DNA of 62,630 nucleotides, counting the filler, from Circinaria calcarea (taxonomy: Eukaryota), in assembly GCA_051942165.1 (NCBI GenBank). It is 11 parts of 11 records of this genome, joined end to end, with 100 filler letters (N's around TTAATTAATTAA, not from the genome) between each part and the next. Parts side by side here need not be neighbours in the genome. Positions count along the whole stretch, not along the records: positions 34,263 to 39,863 come from JAVECS010001851.1; positions 39,964 to 45,557 come from JAVECS010001852.1; positions 45,658 to 51,251 come from JAVECS010001853.1; 8 more parts are not named here. One strand, written 5' to 3'. The notes beneath the pieces are model-generated. The model worked only from the letters and a program-made list of their open reading frames with translations. It had not been told where the DNA came from and ran no database searches. Within the stretch, counting starts at the first letter, position 1; each line of letters opens with the position of its first letter. Shown here piece after piece: positions 37,335 to 49,046 of the stretch. A program made the translations under genes and the position numbers.

Positions 37335-38855
37335 ATGGCTTCATCCATTCCCAGCGACCTCCGTCCGGAAACATACGATATCAACTCCATCCAATCATGC
37401 CAACAATTCAAAAGGATGTGTCGAAAATTTATGGAAAAGGCTCTTGCTAACAGTATTACTACTGTAGTGGCAGACCACTTCATTGCTTTATTGAATAGCA
37501 GATACGAATTCTTTCGCCTTGCACAATCCGAGCTTGGTAGTGTTCTCAGGGTACGATCGACCCAGGAGATGGACGCCTATGTACGGGATAACGAGGTCTT
37601 GAAACGGGTCAATAGAGGGATCCGTATGATGCTCCCAGAACCGCCGATAACGGCCCCTATAGCGGAGCTAGAGTTCATGAGACAATCCATTTCAGATAAG
37701 TTAGATGTTGTGTCCTTTGGCGTAGGGGGTCGCCAGTTTGCAACTGCAGAACAAGGTGCTGCCGTAGATAAACAGAAGGAACTCTGGATGGGAAACAGTA
37801 TGATTTATCACAGCCAAACGTGCTCTGCGCATTCGCTGACTCAAGTGCTCAAATTAGTCGAAATTGTTGGATCGGCTTCATCAAGAGCTGGGTCATCTGG
37901 TGCTGGAGGACACCGCACTCCACCCAGACAACCGGCACGCTCGCCAAAAAATACCCCAAGTCATTCTTCTCCAAGTGGCCAGCCAGGCTTCAACCCTCGG
38001 GATAGAGCGGCATCTATACGCGCGGAATCCGGTGCATCACCTCATATGCAATCGGCCCAGCGGCGAAACCCGCCGCATATGATGGCAGCAGAACAGCTCC
38101 CTGGGGAGACTGAGAAAATGATTACGATGATGGAAGGTCTAGACTACGTCCGAAAGAAAGCAGATAGATCGATGAAAGAGGTTGCAGCTTGCCATGATTT
38201 CGTTGCTAAGGCATCTTCAACTCCAGAGATCAAGCAAAAACTGGCCGGTGCGGCTGAAAATCCCTTTTATGGAGGCACACCATACACACCAGGTCCGGGA
38301 GATTACATCTTCCCCGATGATCGGAACCCAGCAAGGGAACAACCTCCGCCCAGAACCGGTACACTCCCAGGAAGACCTAGCACATCTCTGGCCGGACCGA
38401 GCACATCTTCTACTGGGATGCAGCCCCAACCAGCAGTTGTTCCAGGTGGATCTCGGTCAGACAATCGTGGGAAAGGAAAACAGGCGGCTGAGGGATCCAT
38501 GTCCCCAAGTCCTGGACCAATGGGCCGCAATATGCCACGACATGTTTTGGAGTTTCGAATGCCGACATCACAATTGAATAGGCTAGCATACGCTCAGATG
38601 AGAAACCCACCCGCAATCAGTGAGAGGCAAGACTACATAACCTTAGAAATCCATCAGGATCCCCCACGTGTAAGAGAAGGGGAATCGCCCGAAGCATATG
38701 TGGCACGCCTCCGAACAATTATTCAGCGGCAGAATGACATGTTCACATTGAATCTAGGAGATCCTGCACCTAACTTTGAGAGAGCCGCTAATATGAGCAT
38801 AGACGCGCTGAATGCCAAGATTGATTCTGTGCGTCGCAATTTTGGTACGAGTTAA
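37335..38855 (+). CDS. Orphan intronless protein (~506 aa) with helical N-terminus and Pro/Ser-rich middle
   Basis: Long ORF with a pyrimidine-rich leader and AT-rich 3' flank. Confidence 0.75.
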   Translation: MASSIPSDLRPETYDINSIQSCQQFKRMCRKFMEKALANSITTVVADHFIALLNSRYEFFRLAQSELGSVLRVRSTQEMDAYVRDNEVLKRVNRGIRMMLPEPPITAPIAELEFMRQSISDKLDVVSFGVGGRQFATAEQGAAVDKQKELWMGNSMIYHSQTCSAHSLTQVLKLVEIVGSASSRAGSSGAGGHRTPPRQPARSPKNTPSHSSPSGQPGFNPRDRAASIRAESGASPHMQSAQRRNPPHMMAAEQLPGETEKMITMMEGLDYVRKKADRSMKEVAACHDFVAKASSTPEIKQKLAGAAENPFYGGTPYTPGPGDYIFPDDRNPAREQPPPRTGTLPGRPSTSLAGPSTSSTGMQPQPAVVPGGSRSDNRGKGKQAAEGSMSPSPGPMGRNMPRHVLEFRMPTSQLNRLAYAQMRNPPAISERQDYITLEIHQDPPRVREGESPEAYVARLRTIIQRQNDMFTLNLGDPAPNFERAANMSIDALNAKIDSVRRNFGTS

Positions 38856-39188
38856 CTGGGAACTGCTTTCAAGCAAGTGTTTAATTGAGATTGGTAAATG
38901 TTGCTTAGACATATATAGAAAGGAGAAGCACAATAGGGAATAAATGCTATGGAATACTACTATAAAATACTGTGTAACTGCTGTGTATGCTGTGTGTACT
39001 CGGTATAATGTGTAATAATGCGTGTGGAGAAAAGAAATGGGAATCGCTAAAATATATAAAGCGTGATGCACGTCTATAGAAAATAGGACGGGGTAACATC
39101 CACGTATACACGGGTTTTCATTCTCTTTCTGAAAGCTGCAGGCTACAGTAGTGACTGACGATGACCAATACCCAACGGATTCAGGACC

Positions 39189-39863
39189 ATGCCATCCATC
39201 GACGAGGAGGAACCTTTTGCGCCAACTGCAACAGATTTGAATCGATGGAGGCTCCTAGACGAACGGGGTCGGCATACCTGGCATTACCTGCAGTCTGACG
39301 AGGAGCTGAAGGCATGGCCGCAAAGTATTGCGGATAGATATTTCTTGGGTCTTCCGCTGGTATGTCCCTCAACCACAGTTGGTGCGCTGCATCTACCTAA
39401 CTAACTTCCAGCCCAGGACGTACCAGACCTTCCAACGTCCCAATCCCCACTGGCATCAGCTCGCAATGCTTTATCCTTCCTCTCACGTTTACAACTTCCG
39501 CCAGGCAATTGGGCTTGTGAATACGGCGGCCCTCTCTTTCTCCTCCCTGGCCTCGTCATCACGTGGTATGTCACGGAGACTCCAATACCGGAGGCCTTTT
39601 CTGTAGAAATCAAGAGATACCTATTCGCCAGGCAGAATTCAGAGGATGGAGGCTGGGGTTTACATATCGAGGGGGAAACCACGGTCTACGGCACCTCCAT
39701 GAACTATGTTGTCCTTAGAATCCTCGGCGCAAGTGAGGAGGACCCGAGAATGGTGAAAGCGCGGGGGATCCTACATAAGCTCGGGGGTGCAGTCAACGGA
39801 CCACACTGGTCTAAATTTTGGTTGAGCGTGTTAGGAATAATGGACTGGAGCATCGTAAACCCT
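39189..39863 (+). CDS. ERG7: Oxidosqualene cyclase / lanosterol synthase, 5' part
   Basis: TDLNRWRL...[39 protein letters not shown] and [12 protein letters not shown]; one intron at about 39360-39416. Confidence 0.93.
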
Positions 39864-40300
39864 NNNNNNNNNNNNNNNNNNNNNNNNNNNNNNNNNNNNN
39901 NNNNNNNTTAATTAATTAANNNNNNNNNNNNNNNNNNNNNNNNNNNNNNNNNNNNNNNNNNNNTCAGTCATGAGAAAACGAGGCACTGCACAGGGTAGCA
40001 TAAAAGGAGAAGCCTTTGTTTGAGATGAGACCGTGCATACGAGAAGACCTTGCAAGCGTATTTTACATCCGCAATGAATGGGGAAATGGGTAATGTGTCA
40101 AGGCAGAACATGAGCCTGATCATTAGGATAACTCTTCCGAGGTATCAACTAGCATTATTATGCACCTTCAATACTAGCATAGTTCCTCCCCTGATGCTCC
40201 TTCAGCTAGTACGTGGCCAAAGATTTCCATGTCGCACGTATGATGATCAGGCATCCCATGGGTTTTCGAAGAATAAGAGGCCATCATTCCTTTCCTCTTT

Positions 40301-41800
40301 TCATCTGATCTCAGGTATCCCATGCAAGGCACTCCCTATGGAACCTTCTCTGTCTGGGCGGCTCCCAAGGACCATTTCCTCGAGTACGGACTCGTAGTGG
40401 TCTAAGTGGCCAAGTACAACCTGAAAACTACGTATCTCTTGTAACTGGCCAAGTGGTATGGCAATGTCTGTGCATATGTCGCGAAGCCATTCTAGCTTCA
40501 ACTCATCGCCATCATTATCATCAACATCATCAACGATGTCGTCCTCTTGTGTAAGATGGTCCTCTACACAACTTTCCAAGTCAAGGCTGAGGGCAAGATT
40601 AGATATGTTCAGATTTTCATTCATGAAGCTGATCAAGGATTGCCAATCATGTGTATGGGCCATTTCCGCATCAGGCCATTCCTTAAACTGATCATATTCG
40701 AGCCGTATGTCGACAGTCCGTAACTGCCAGAGGGCAAATGGAGACAGGCGGTGGAGGAATTTTGTCATCGACTCGATACTTCCACGTAGGAGAAAGGTGT
40801 TGTGTGAGTAAAAGACCTCGGTGGCTTCATAGGACATCTGTCGGCTAACATAGAAAAGGGGTGTGGGTATGCGACGGCAGACGCATGTTGTCGAATAAGC
40901 TGCTCTTCGTGTCTGACAGCAACATGCCATCAAGTCGGGTGTGCATCGTTTGCAACAAAGGTTCCGACTCTCTGATTTCTGCTTCGCGATACTGATGCCT
41001 CCCGCATCTTCGCATTCATCGCTTCTCAGAACCAATTCAGTTTCGACAAGAATCATGAGTCTAATCTCTCTGGGAAGACGGTCGAATCGTGGAAACACGG
41101 CGTGTAAGGCCGTATGTCTACCTGATGCTTGCAACGACATGTGCTTGGCAATATTGTGCAACTGTTCGTCCCGCTTTAAAGTAAGACAAACAGCGCAATT
41201 CTTAAGCTCTGGTAGCCTTTTTATCGGCTGCATAACCTGCCTGGCGATTTCTGGTACGGTTATGGTGCTGCCGATACAGTCCATACTGAAGTCCAATTGG
41301 AACGGCGTAATCCTCCTGGCCATGTAGGCACAAAGGGCTACCCACTTTTCCAAGACAATCTGCCTACTTGGGCAATCCTCATCGAACGCACAGAGTTTGA
41401 TGTGCAACGAAGCCATGGACTTCCATGCATATGAACTTAGACTTATTAGAGAACTGTATCCCGAACCTGGAGTATGCCAAGTCACAAAAACATTGCGGCC
41501 GTACAAAATGGGAATGACTTCAGCATAGATCAGGTGGGAAACACGTAAGAGCCTGACAGGCAGCTTCGGGCAGTAGCATTCTGCTTTATATTTATATTTG
41601 GTAGAGGTTCCCCTTATTTTCCACGCGTGGAACTGGCAGATTCGTGGTGGTGGTTCGACATCTGACTGCACTCGTAGCAGTCTCAATCTGACTTTCTCGA
41701 AGGTGAGGTCGATAGGGCACTCGCGGGTGAGGTCGGTGAAATGAAACACTCTAGCTCTAACGTTCTGTGGCAGGTCAAGGAATGACAGGGATTTGGCCAT
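40301..41800 (-). CDS. Protein with two F-box-like motifs, each followed by a Cys-rich insert and an LLxVS(R/H)xxxxE..xxLY motif
   Basis: SFLDLPQNVRARVF...LLRVSHLIYAEVIPILYGRNVF and FDRLPREIRLMIL...LFYVSRQMSYEATEVFYSHNTF. Confidence 0.8.
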   Translation of the reverse strand: MAKSLSFLDLPQNVRARVFHFTDLTRECPIDLTFEKVRLRLLRVQSDVEPPPRICQFHAWKIRGTSTKYKYKAECYCPKLPVRLLRVSHLIYAEVIPILYGRNVFVTWHTPGSGYSSLISLSSYAWKSMASLHIKLCAFDEDCPSRQIVLEKWVALCAYMARRITPFQLDFSMDCIGSTITVPEIARQVMQPIKRLPELKNCAVCLTLKRDEQLHNIAKHMSLQASGRHTALHAVFPRFDRLPREIRLMILVETELVLRSDECEDAGGISIAKQKSESRNLCCKRCTPDLMACCCQTRRAAYSTTCVCRRIPTPLFYVSRQMSYEATEVFYSHNTFLLRGSIESMTKFLHRLSPFALWQLRTVDIRLEYDQFKEWPDAEMAHTHDWQSLISFMNENLNISNLALSLDLESCVEDHLTQEDDIVDDVDDNDGDELKLEWLRDICTDIAIPLGQLQEIRSFQVVLGHLDHYESVLEEMVLGSRPDREGSIGSALHGIPEIR

Positions 41801-42829
41801 GGCGTGATCTCGCAGCACAGGTGTTCTCTGATAACTGACAAGTTGGGGATAGAGGCTCGTTTGAAGGTGTCAATGGGACGACCAACGGGAGTATCCCCCT
41901 GATGAATACGCCTACCTCGCTGTCCCAAAATGGTGTTTATGGCAGAGCAGAGTTGCCAGGACTCATCATCATTTGTTCGCCTGAGTTCCGTGTAGAAAAT
42001 GAGTGCTTTCCAATTGGAGGCAACCGTAACTTTATGGTCATGGTGTTGAGTGTTTGTGGATAGCCGTTTGATAAGTTCTTGTATAGGTACTCGAAACGTG
42101 CAATCTCTTCACCGCGCACTACCTATATTTAGCATAGTCCATGTAGACCTCAGGACGTCCTCGACATACGAGTCATACAGCCCAAGTGCTGCTACACTGA
42201 TCTCAAGCAACATTTGTATCGCGTTTCGCAAACTATCTAAAGTTACGCATAACGTGTATGGTACAAGGGGGTTTCCATGCCTGGTAGTGTCCCGAGGAAG
42301 AGACTGGCAAACTTGCATGACCGATAAAGTGCACCATGACGACTTGGAATGCGACGGCAATTTGTTAATAGAACCACCTCAGTCGCTTTATCCTTCCTAG
42401 AAGCCGTGATTACTTTAATGTCCAACGATCAACACTCCAGTTTGTCAGTCGAGGTACGGATCGCTAATCATGCATCAACACCAAAGACTGGCCCGGCCCG
42501 AAGCAGTTTACTGCTGGCACAACAGCCATCGACCTACAGTACATATATATACCTCGGGTACCGTACAAGATGGGTAGAAGCTTACAGAGCATCCGCTACT
42601 GCGAATGCTTCGTCAAGTGCCATTCCCCCCAACTTTCTGCGCCGGCACTCAAGACCTTGCTACTCGATAAATCTGTCCTATTTCAGTTTCACGGTACCGT
42701 GCATTTCCTGAATCCTGCAAATTCCCGCTAGCCAGCCCTTGCCGCAAGTTACATTGGCTTCTTCTTTGGCTGTCTGCCGCCGATACAAACAACAAAAACC
42801 AGACTACTGCCATAAGCGTCATCTTCATC

Positions 42830-43380
42830 ATGGAGACCCACAAGAGCGATTCATCAGATCAAGAGTCCGTCCTCGGCATTGTCAAACCTTTCTTGGCGAC
42901 GTCAAAGCACGTAGCAAATCCGACATGCTGAATACTGTCCTCCACACAGGCAGTGCCTGTCTTCTGAGGAATATCGAGCCACTGACCATGACTCTTCCAG
43001 CCGCTATTGACCGCATCCCGTTTGATACCCCTCAGGTACTGGAAGAAAAGATCCACGAAACCCAAGTCCTGATCAATCCAAATATAGCCATGGTATGGGC
43101 GCCATATGAGTTTTTCGTTGACGGCGAAGTCGACCATGTAGGCACCAATATCTTCAATCTGCTCAAGCAAGAGGGCAAGTGGGTGATTTCAGGTATTGCG
43201 GACTATAGCAGTAGCGCGGGACTTATAGCGGGGGATTCTTCGTTGTCATGGAATCAAGAAGTGATTGCCAACGGTGCTTTCGGCCGCTATGGGAGCTCGG
43301 AGGATCGATATCTTGGAGGTTTCTGGGTTTATTTAGTCAGTAGACGAGCTTTCAGACATGCAGCATGTTGCAAACCTTGA
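42830..43380 (+). CDS. NTF2/SnoaL-like protein with an apparent 1-nt frameshift near 42884
   Basis: IAMVWAPYEFFVDGEVDHVGTNIFNLLKQEGKWVISGIAD. The ATG at 42830 (METHKSDSSDQESVLGIVK) is in another frame and joins at an AAA run. The true 3' end is uncertain. Confidence 0.7.
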
Positions 43381-43433
43381 TGCTCAGGATAGGTTACTGG
43401 CTTAACGATTCCTCTCGAGCCGAGAGTTTTCCA

Positions 43434-44320
43434 TCAGGATGGTGCAAATTTGTCATGCTTGCCTTTCACCCTCACGTCCAGGATGGTTTCGTGGTAATCA
43501 CCTTCCCTCCTTGCTTTCTTCAGTCTTTTCACCTCCTCATCCTCCAACCTTCTCCCGACAACCTCTTCTAGTTCCTTCCTGCTAATCTTCTCTCTAGCCT
43601 TTGACTCCTTGTTAGCCTTTAGCCGTGGCTTGTACCGCGCTTGCATACGTATTCGAAACGTAGTGTTGAATGAGATTGTCTCAGCATCTCCTCGAATTTC
43701 GGGTACCTTGGCATCTTCATTGATAGTTAAGAATTTGTCTCGTTGAGTTTGGATATTGAAGGTCCCTGGAGTATCGGGTGAGGTGATGCAGAGAAAAGAT
43801 TCTTCTGCGGAAATCGCTTCTTGCTTGGCTGAAAGAATACCAAACTTATCACAACCCAGGTATCTATTATGATGAACAGTCATTAGCACTGAAAAGGACG
43901 GTAGACCCGACAGTTGGCTCTAGGAGTCATCTCTCACCTGCCATGATGCCCCTTGAAGCTAATATATTCCGTCCCGGCGACTCGATTGGCAACCCAGACT
44001 TGCCGGACGTCATGCGGTTCTGCACTTGCCAGGTTTCCCTCGACAATATTCTCGAGTTCGCTTGTGAACACCTTTCCGTTGGCATCACAAGCAATGCATG
44101 TAGGCTGCGTGGTGGGTAGAGCGAAAATGATGGGTCCTGTCACGTCGGCTGGTACTTCCGCTGTGACCCAGCTGTCATCCTCCTCTGCAGCTCCGGCAGC
44201 ACTGGTACTAGGTGTAAGAGCGGTTGAGGCATCTTCACCATCCTCTTGTTTCGTCTCCGTATAGCCATGTTTCCGCTTCTTGGTTTTCTTGTCGCCCTTG
44301 AAGGCGAGCGGCTTCACCAT
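43434..44320 (-). CDS. FRG1: FRG1-like protein
   Basis: MVKPLAFKGDKK, AEPHDVRQVWV, FKGHHGR|YLGCDKFG (intron 43864-43937) and RIRMQAR...ILDVRVKGKHDKFA. Confidence 0.93.
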
Positions 44321-44638
44321 TTCTTCGATAGTTTGTGGTGAGAACAAGGGCGGGTCAGGATTGTATCAATCGAATGGTGTTTACTGGGCAAAATTTGGGA
44401 GCCTATCCATGAGTTGAAAAGGAGAGAGATGTTAACATATACTCCTTAAAGCCAAGGTTCGATGCGAAAGGTACCAAACTAGAGTCTTAGCGCAGCCCTT
44501 ATCGATAAGCCAGACTTAGGCTAACTTTATATGGGAGATCTCCTTTCACCTCCATTTTGGACTTACTCGAGAGACACAATTCAACCCCGCACTTCGTCAC
44601 TCAGAGGCATCTATATAAGAGGAGAACCGTTACACAAC

Positions 44639-45557
44639 ATGAATGGCATATCTAATAAGTCAGACTCAGCTGTGACAGTCAGTCTAGAGAACCTTCAAAC
44701 GTGTAAGGCAACATATGTAAACAATACTAACGGCTACTATTGACACTCTCTTAGCTTCGATACCCCATGACAAATTAGAAGAGGCATTTGGCCCATTATC
44801 TCTTGGCATACTGCTGGTAAAGGGGCTACCCTCCAATTTCACTGATCTCAGAAAACGATTACTCTCACACGCATCCTACCTCGCCCAGCTCCCTCCAGAA
44901 GTTCTTCGTATCCTCGAACCACGCCAAGCTACGCTCTTCTATAAAGCTAATCCTCCTCCAGAAACCCTCTCCCGGTCCGACGCTAAATACCTCGTCGGCT
45001 GGTCCCACGGAAAAGAAGCCCTCCGATCCGGTCACTACGACGCCCTCAAAGGCTCCTACTACGTCAACTGTGCCTTCTACCAAGACCCCTCTCTGCAAAA
45101 CCCCCCGCTCGACGACCGCTTCCCCAACTTCCCCGAATACACCGCTCCCAACGTCTGGCCGCCCGAATATCTCCTCCCCGGCTTCAAGCAGACCTTCGAA
45201 GAGCTCTGCACCCTGATCATCGACGTCGCGGTCCTCGTCGCCCGCGCCTGTGACCGCTATGCCGGTGCTCATATCGAGGATTATGAACCCGGGTACTTGG
45301 AACATGTGGTGAAAAGCAGTATGACGACCAAAGCCCGCTTGCTGCATTACTTCCCCCCTCCGCCCTCTGTACCCACCCCTCCAGCATCTCATACCCCCAA
45401 AGGCGGCATCGAAGACAACGAAGAAAAAGACGAAGACGAAGACTCCTGGTGCGCCACCCATCTCGACCACGGCTGCCTCACCGGTCTGACCTCTGCCCTC
45501 TACATCGACGAATCCCAACTCCCCCTTCCTCTTCCACCTCCTTCCTCATCCCCCCTC
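44639..45557 (+). CDS. 2OG-Fe(II) dioxygenase (IPNS/DIOX_N-like), 3'-truncated
   Basis: Spliced product contains EEAFGPLSLGILLVKGLP, YLVGWSHGKE, KGSYYVN, KARLLHYFP and WCATHLDHGCLTGLT (HxD). Confidence 0.88.
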
Positions 45558-45657
45558 NNNNNNNNNNNNNNNNNNNNNNNNNNNNNNNNNNNNNNNNNNN
45601 NTTAATTAATTAANNNNNNNNNNNNNNNNNNNNNNNNNNNNNNNNNNNNNNNNNNNN

Positions 45658-46990
45658 GTCGCTATGCTCCTGGCGCATATGAAGTTCGAAACGCTCTTTT
45701 GAATCAAATAATTCGGATTTGTGTCGGGAAGCTTGACATGACCAGACCATCGTGTGCTGCCATTTCATATGGCTTACCCATTCCTCAACGGTCTTGAAAT
45801 GCTCATTTGGCTTGTTGCAATCTTCAAAAAGGCAGACGTAAGGATCTATGTCTTTTAGTATATGTCGTCTGACTGGCATTAGCTACAATTTTAGGCTTAT
45901 CTTGAAAAATGGAAACTGACGTCCACTGCGCTCGTACCATCTTTCCCTTATCTACAATCTCAAAGCAATAAGGGCAAACAGCTTCTTCGGTTTCGCTTTC
46001 CGGTCTAGGAGGTGGGGGAACATCAAGTTGATCTCGCCGAGCCACCGCCGATTTTGTGATTCCCGAAAGAGCAGAGGATTTGGCATAGGAAGCCAGCCCT
46101 TGACGGTTTACCGATGAAGCTTGGGTGGCTGAGAACGGAACGGTTTGAGAGGAGCTCTTTACTGTAGCTGCGACCTTCAGAAAGGGGGAGCTGTGACGCG
46201 GAACCTTAATGGCATCGCGTCCTCGAGTTATTGGACCATCAAGGCTATTTAGAACCAACACGTCTAGCCCAAAGGCATCATCAACACCTTGATTCAACTT
46301 GTACTGATGCCGCTCCCGGTACATTAGTTTTTTCCTTCGGAACACGACTGCGTTCACCAGCCTTTCAGCCAGAACCGGAGATGTATCTGGAAATCGGAAT
46401 TGGATCTGCCATCTGATATGAGAAACATATTCCTCCATATCCCCCCCATCGTGTGCCTTGTCAATGAACTTGGTCACTTTAGCGTTCTCGCTGAATGAGG
46501 TTGGCTTTCTGATGATGGCCGAGAGTCGATAGAGGCGAGTGATAATACTATCTACAGTCTGTATTTGTCGATCCGGGGAATGGTCCTCTAGCTGGCCTGG
46601 AGGAGCTTCCGAGTCCGCATCTAAGCTCACTACCAAGGAGGAGGACGAACCGGAGGAATCCGACTGATTGCACTCAGAATCCTCCGAGGTCTGTATCTCC
46701 GCTAGGGGAGGGTTGATAAGCTGTTCAATGGTTCTCCACAAGCGAGTGAGCATCTGTACCATAATCTCTTTGATGTCTTGATCATTTCTTAATCGATAAT
46801 CCAAGGATGCGCTTCTGGCAGCGAATACGCCTATGTTGCCTGCCCATATCTTAAATCGACCCAGCTGGTTCTCTAGGTCAATCCTTGTCTGCTTCCCCAA
46901 AGATTGACTTGAAAGAGCGCGACCGAAAAGTGCAGCACATTGCCTAGCAATTGACAGAACTGATTTGGATATCTGTAAAGCTGAGGACAT
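45658..46990 (-). CDS. Helical N-terminal domain (RFKIWAGNIG...SLDYRLR) plus C2H2 zinc-finger protein, 3'-truncated
   Basis: QLGRFKIWAGNIGVFAARSASLDYRLR, IITRLYRLSAIIR, CPYCF and WT|RHILKDIDPYVCLFEDC...WVSHMKWQH...FELHMRQEH. Confidence 0.85.
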
Positions 46991-47267
46991 AATGTAGCAT
47001 TTGTCTTCACCGCATTCACATTTCAGGACAAAACTGCAAAAGAAGACAGGGAATTTTGCGAGGAACAAAGCTATTAGTCCTCAGCCATTAGACTTTGCAA
47101 GATTGCTAACAGAGGTTCGAGGCTTTACGAAGCATGCGGCTTTTCGTGATGCCGCTGATCGATCAAAGTCCACGTGGGGCAGCCTTGTGAGATCTTACAT
47201 GGAGACTCTTCACTCAATCTCTACCTTAAATACGTGTGTATGCTTTACACAATAGTGATGCACGAGA

Positions 47268-49046
47268 ATGGTCACAGGTATCGAATGCGCCGGGCTAGTT
47301 ATAGCTGTTCTGCCTCTATTCATCGAAGCTGCCAAGTCGTATAAGAAGGGTGTTGATACCATTCGCGATGTCGTCTCGAGTCACCGTCGGGATAAGAAAC
47401 TGGAAGAATTCTACGAAGATTTTTGGTGGGAGATGTTTGCTCTCAACCGCCAAATCCGAGACGTTGTCGGGGCACTCCCGTATCTGTCTGACGATCGGAA
47501 GACCGAATTGACTGCTGGTGGGCACCTCGGAGATTGGACCGCAGATGCTGATGTGGCAGAAGCTTTGGAGGAATTCTTCAAATCTGGAGGCGACTACGAT
47601 ACATTCACATTGATCATGACGAAGATTGTACACTTGCTTGCCCAGGTTGTCAAGGATAGCACGGTGCATATATCCCGGACAGATGCGGTGAGTCAAAAGA
47701 ACGCACACTATTGGATATCCTTTGGCCAACAGACTTACATCCCAGCGGCGGAACCGCGATTACACATAGTAACACCGTGCAGGATCAACCGAACATGTAT
47801 AACAAGTTGAAAGCATTTGCAAAGGAGCGGAGAGACCAGCAAACTTCGAGTACATTTAAAGAACGCCTCCGGTTCTGGAAAAGAGAGAAAGACCGAAGCA
47901 CATGTCTGAAAGCGCTCAAAACTTGGAATAAACGTCTTCTCTGCTTAACAGACGAAGCCCGCAAGGAGCCCATCATCCAAAAGGCACCACTGGCCACCCG
48001 CAAAGGGCCATCTCAACATCTGCGTGCGCTATCATGGACACTGTACAGAGCTTTGGCGAAGTATTGGAGATGTAACTGTGACGTCCCTCACGAAGCCAGG
48101 TTCTGTCTTAAAGCAAGGGACATCTCGACCAAGGATCCTGACAAGATAGAGGCGGATTACGATTTCTTGTTTTCAGCAACCGCAGACAGGCAAAGCTCGT
48201 GGACTTGGCAGGAGGGAACTGTGCTTGTCCGATCAAAAGGGTAAGACCCTGGGAACCCAGTCTGAGTACAACACTGACCTTGCATAACGTAGAGATGCCA
48301 AAAAATACGACTCGGCAGTGCTCGATAGGATCTGTGATGTACTCCGCGGTGGTCGTAACGACCATTGCCTGCATCTTCTCATTGAAGGCAGTGACGGGGA
48401 ACAGACGGTCTGGAAACTGAGGCCACAACCAAAGCGGCTACTCCTTCTGGAAACCGCACCCGCGGTCTCTTTGCATTCATTGCTCCTTGGCTCCACCCGC
48501 CTACCTCTCATTGTGAAGAGAAGACTGGCTCTAATGCTTGCTACTTCGCTGCTGCAGTTTCACGAAGGGATTTGGCGGAGCACAGAATGGAGCAAAGGAC
48601 ACATCACGTTCTGTTACGAGTCTGCAGACAGTCTTGACTATCGACGGCCATATGTCACTACGTACTTTGGCAACTCCGATCCAGAGTGCAACGCCCCCGA
48701 TCTGAACATGTTCCACCGCAATCCCAGCCTTCTTGCGCTAGGCATTCTGCTCATCGAGATCCACACCGGAAACCCAATCGAGTCTTTTCGGTCCGCACAG
48801 GATCTCACTAACGGCCAAGAGGTCAATGCGAATACAGATTGGACGGTAGCCGATCGCGTTGTCAAATCTCTCGACGACTGCTCGCTCGGCTACAAAGGAG
48901 CCATCCAAGCCTGCCTAGATACTCCATGGACACCGGCAGGCCAAAGGGTTAGCTTGGAAGATCCACTCACCAGAACGGCCGTATATAACGATATCGTACA
49001 GCCTCTTGAAGACGAGCTTGAATACCTGTTCAGAGAAAAGTTTTAG
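47268..49046 (+). CDS. HeLo-like N-terminus plus degenerate kinase-like C-terminus (DUF7580-type), ~543 aa
   Basis: Exons 47268-47687, 47783-48240 and 48293-49046. Motifs MVTGIECAGLVIAVLPLFIE, WRCNCDVPH, KRRLALMLATSLLQFHEGIW..W....ITF, LLALGILLIEI and YKGAIQACL. Confidence 0.85.

Noticed and set aside
44865..45518. 217-aa minus-strand ORF
   Set aside because: It is the antisense shadow of the 2OG-Fe(II) oxygenase exon.
39189..45557. Triterpene cluster (oxidosqualene cyclase plus 2OG dioxygenase plus SnoaL-like gene)
   Set aside because: ERG7 is separated from the other genes by an artificial spacer, so they are on different contigs.
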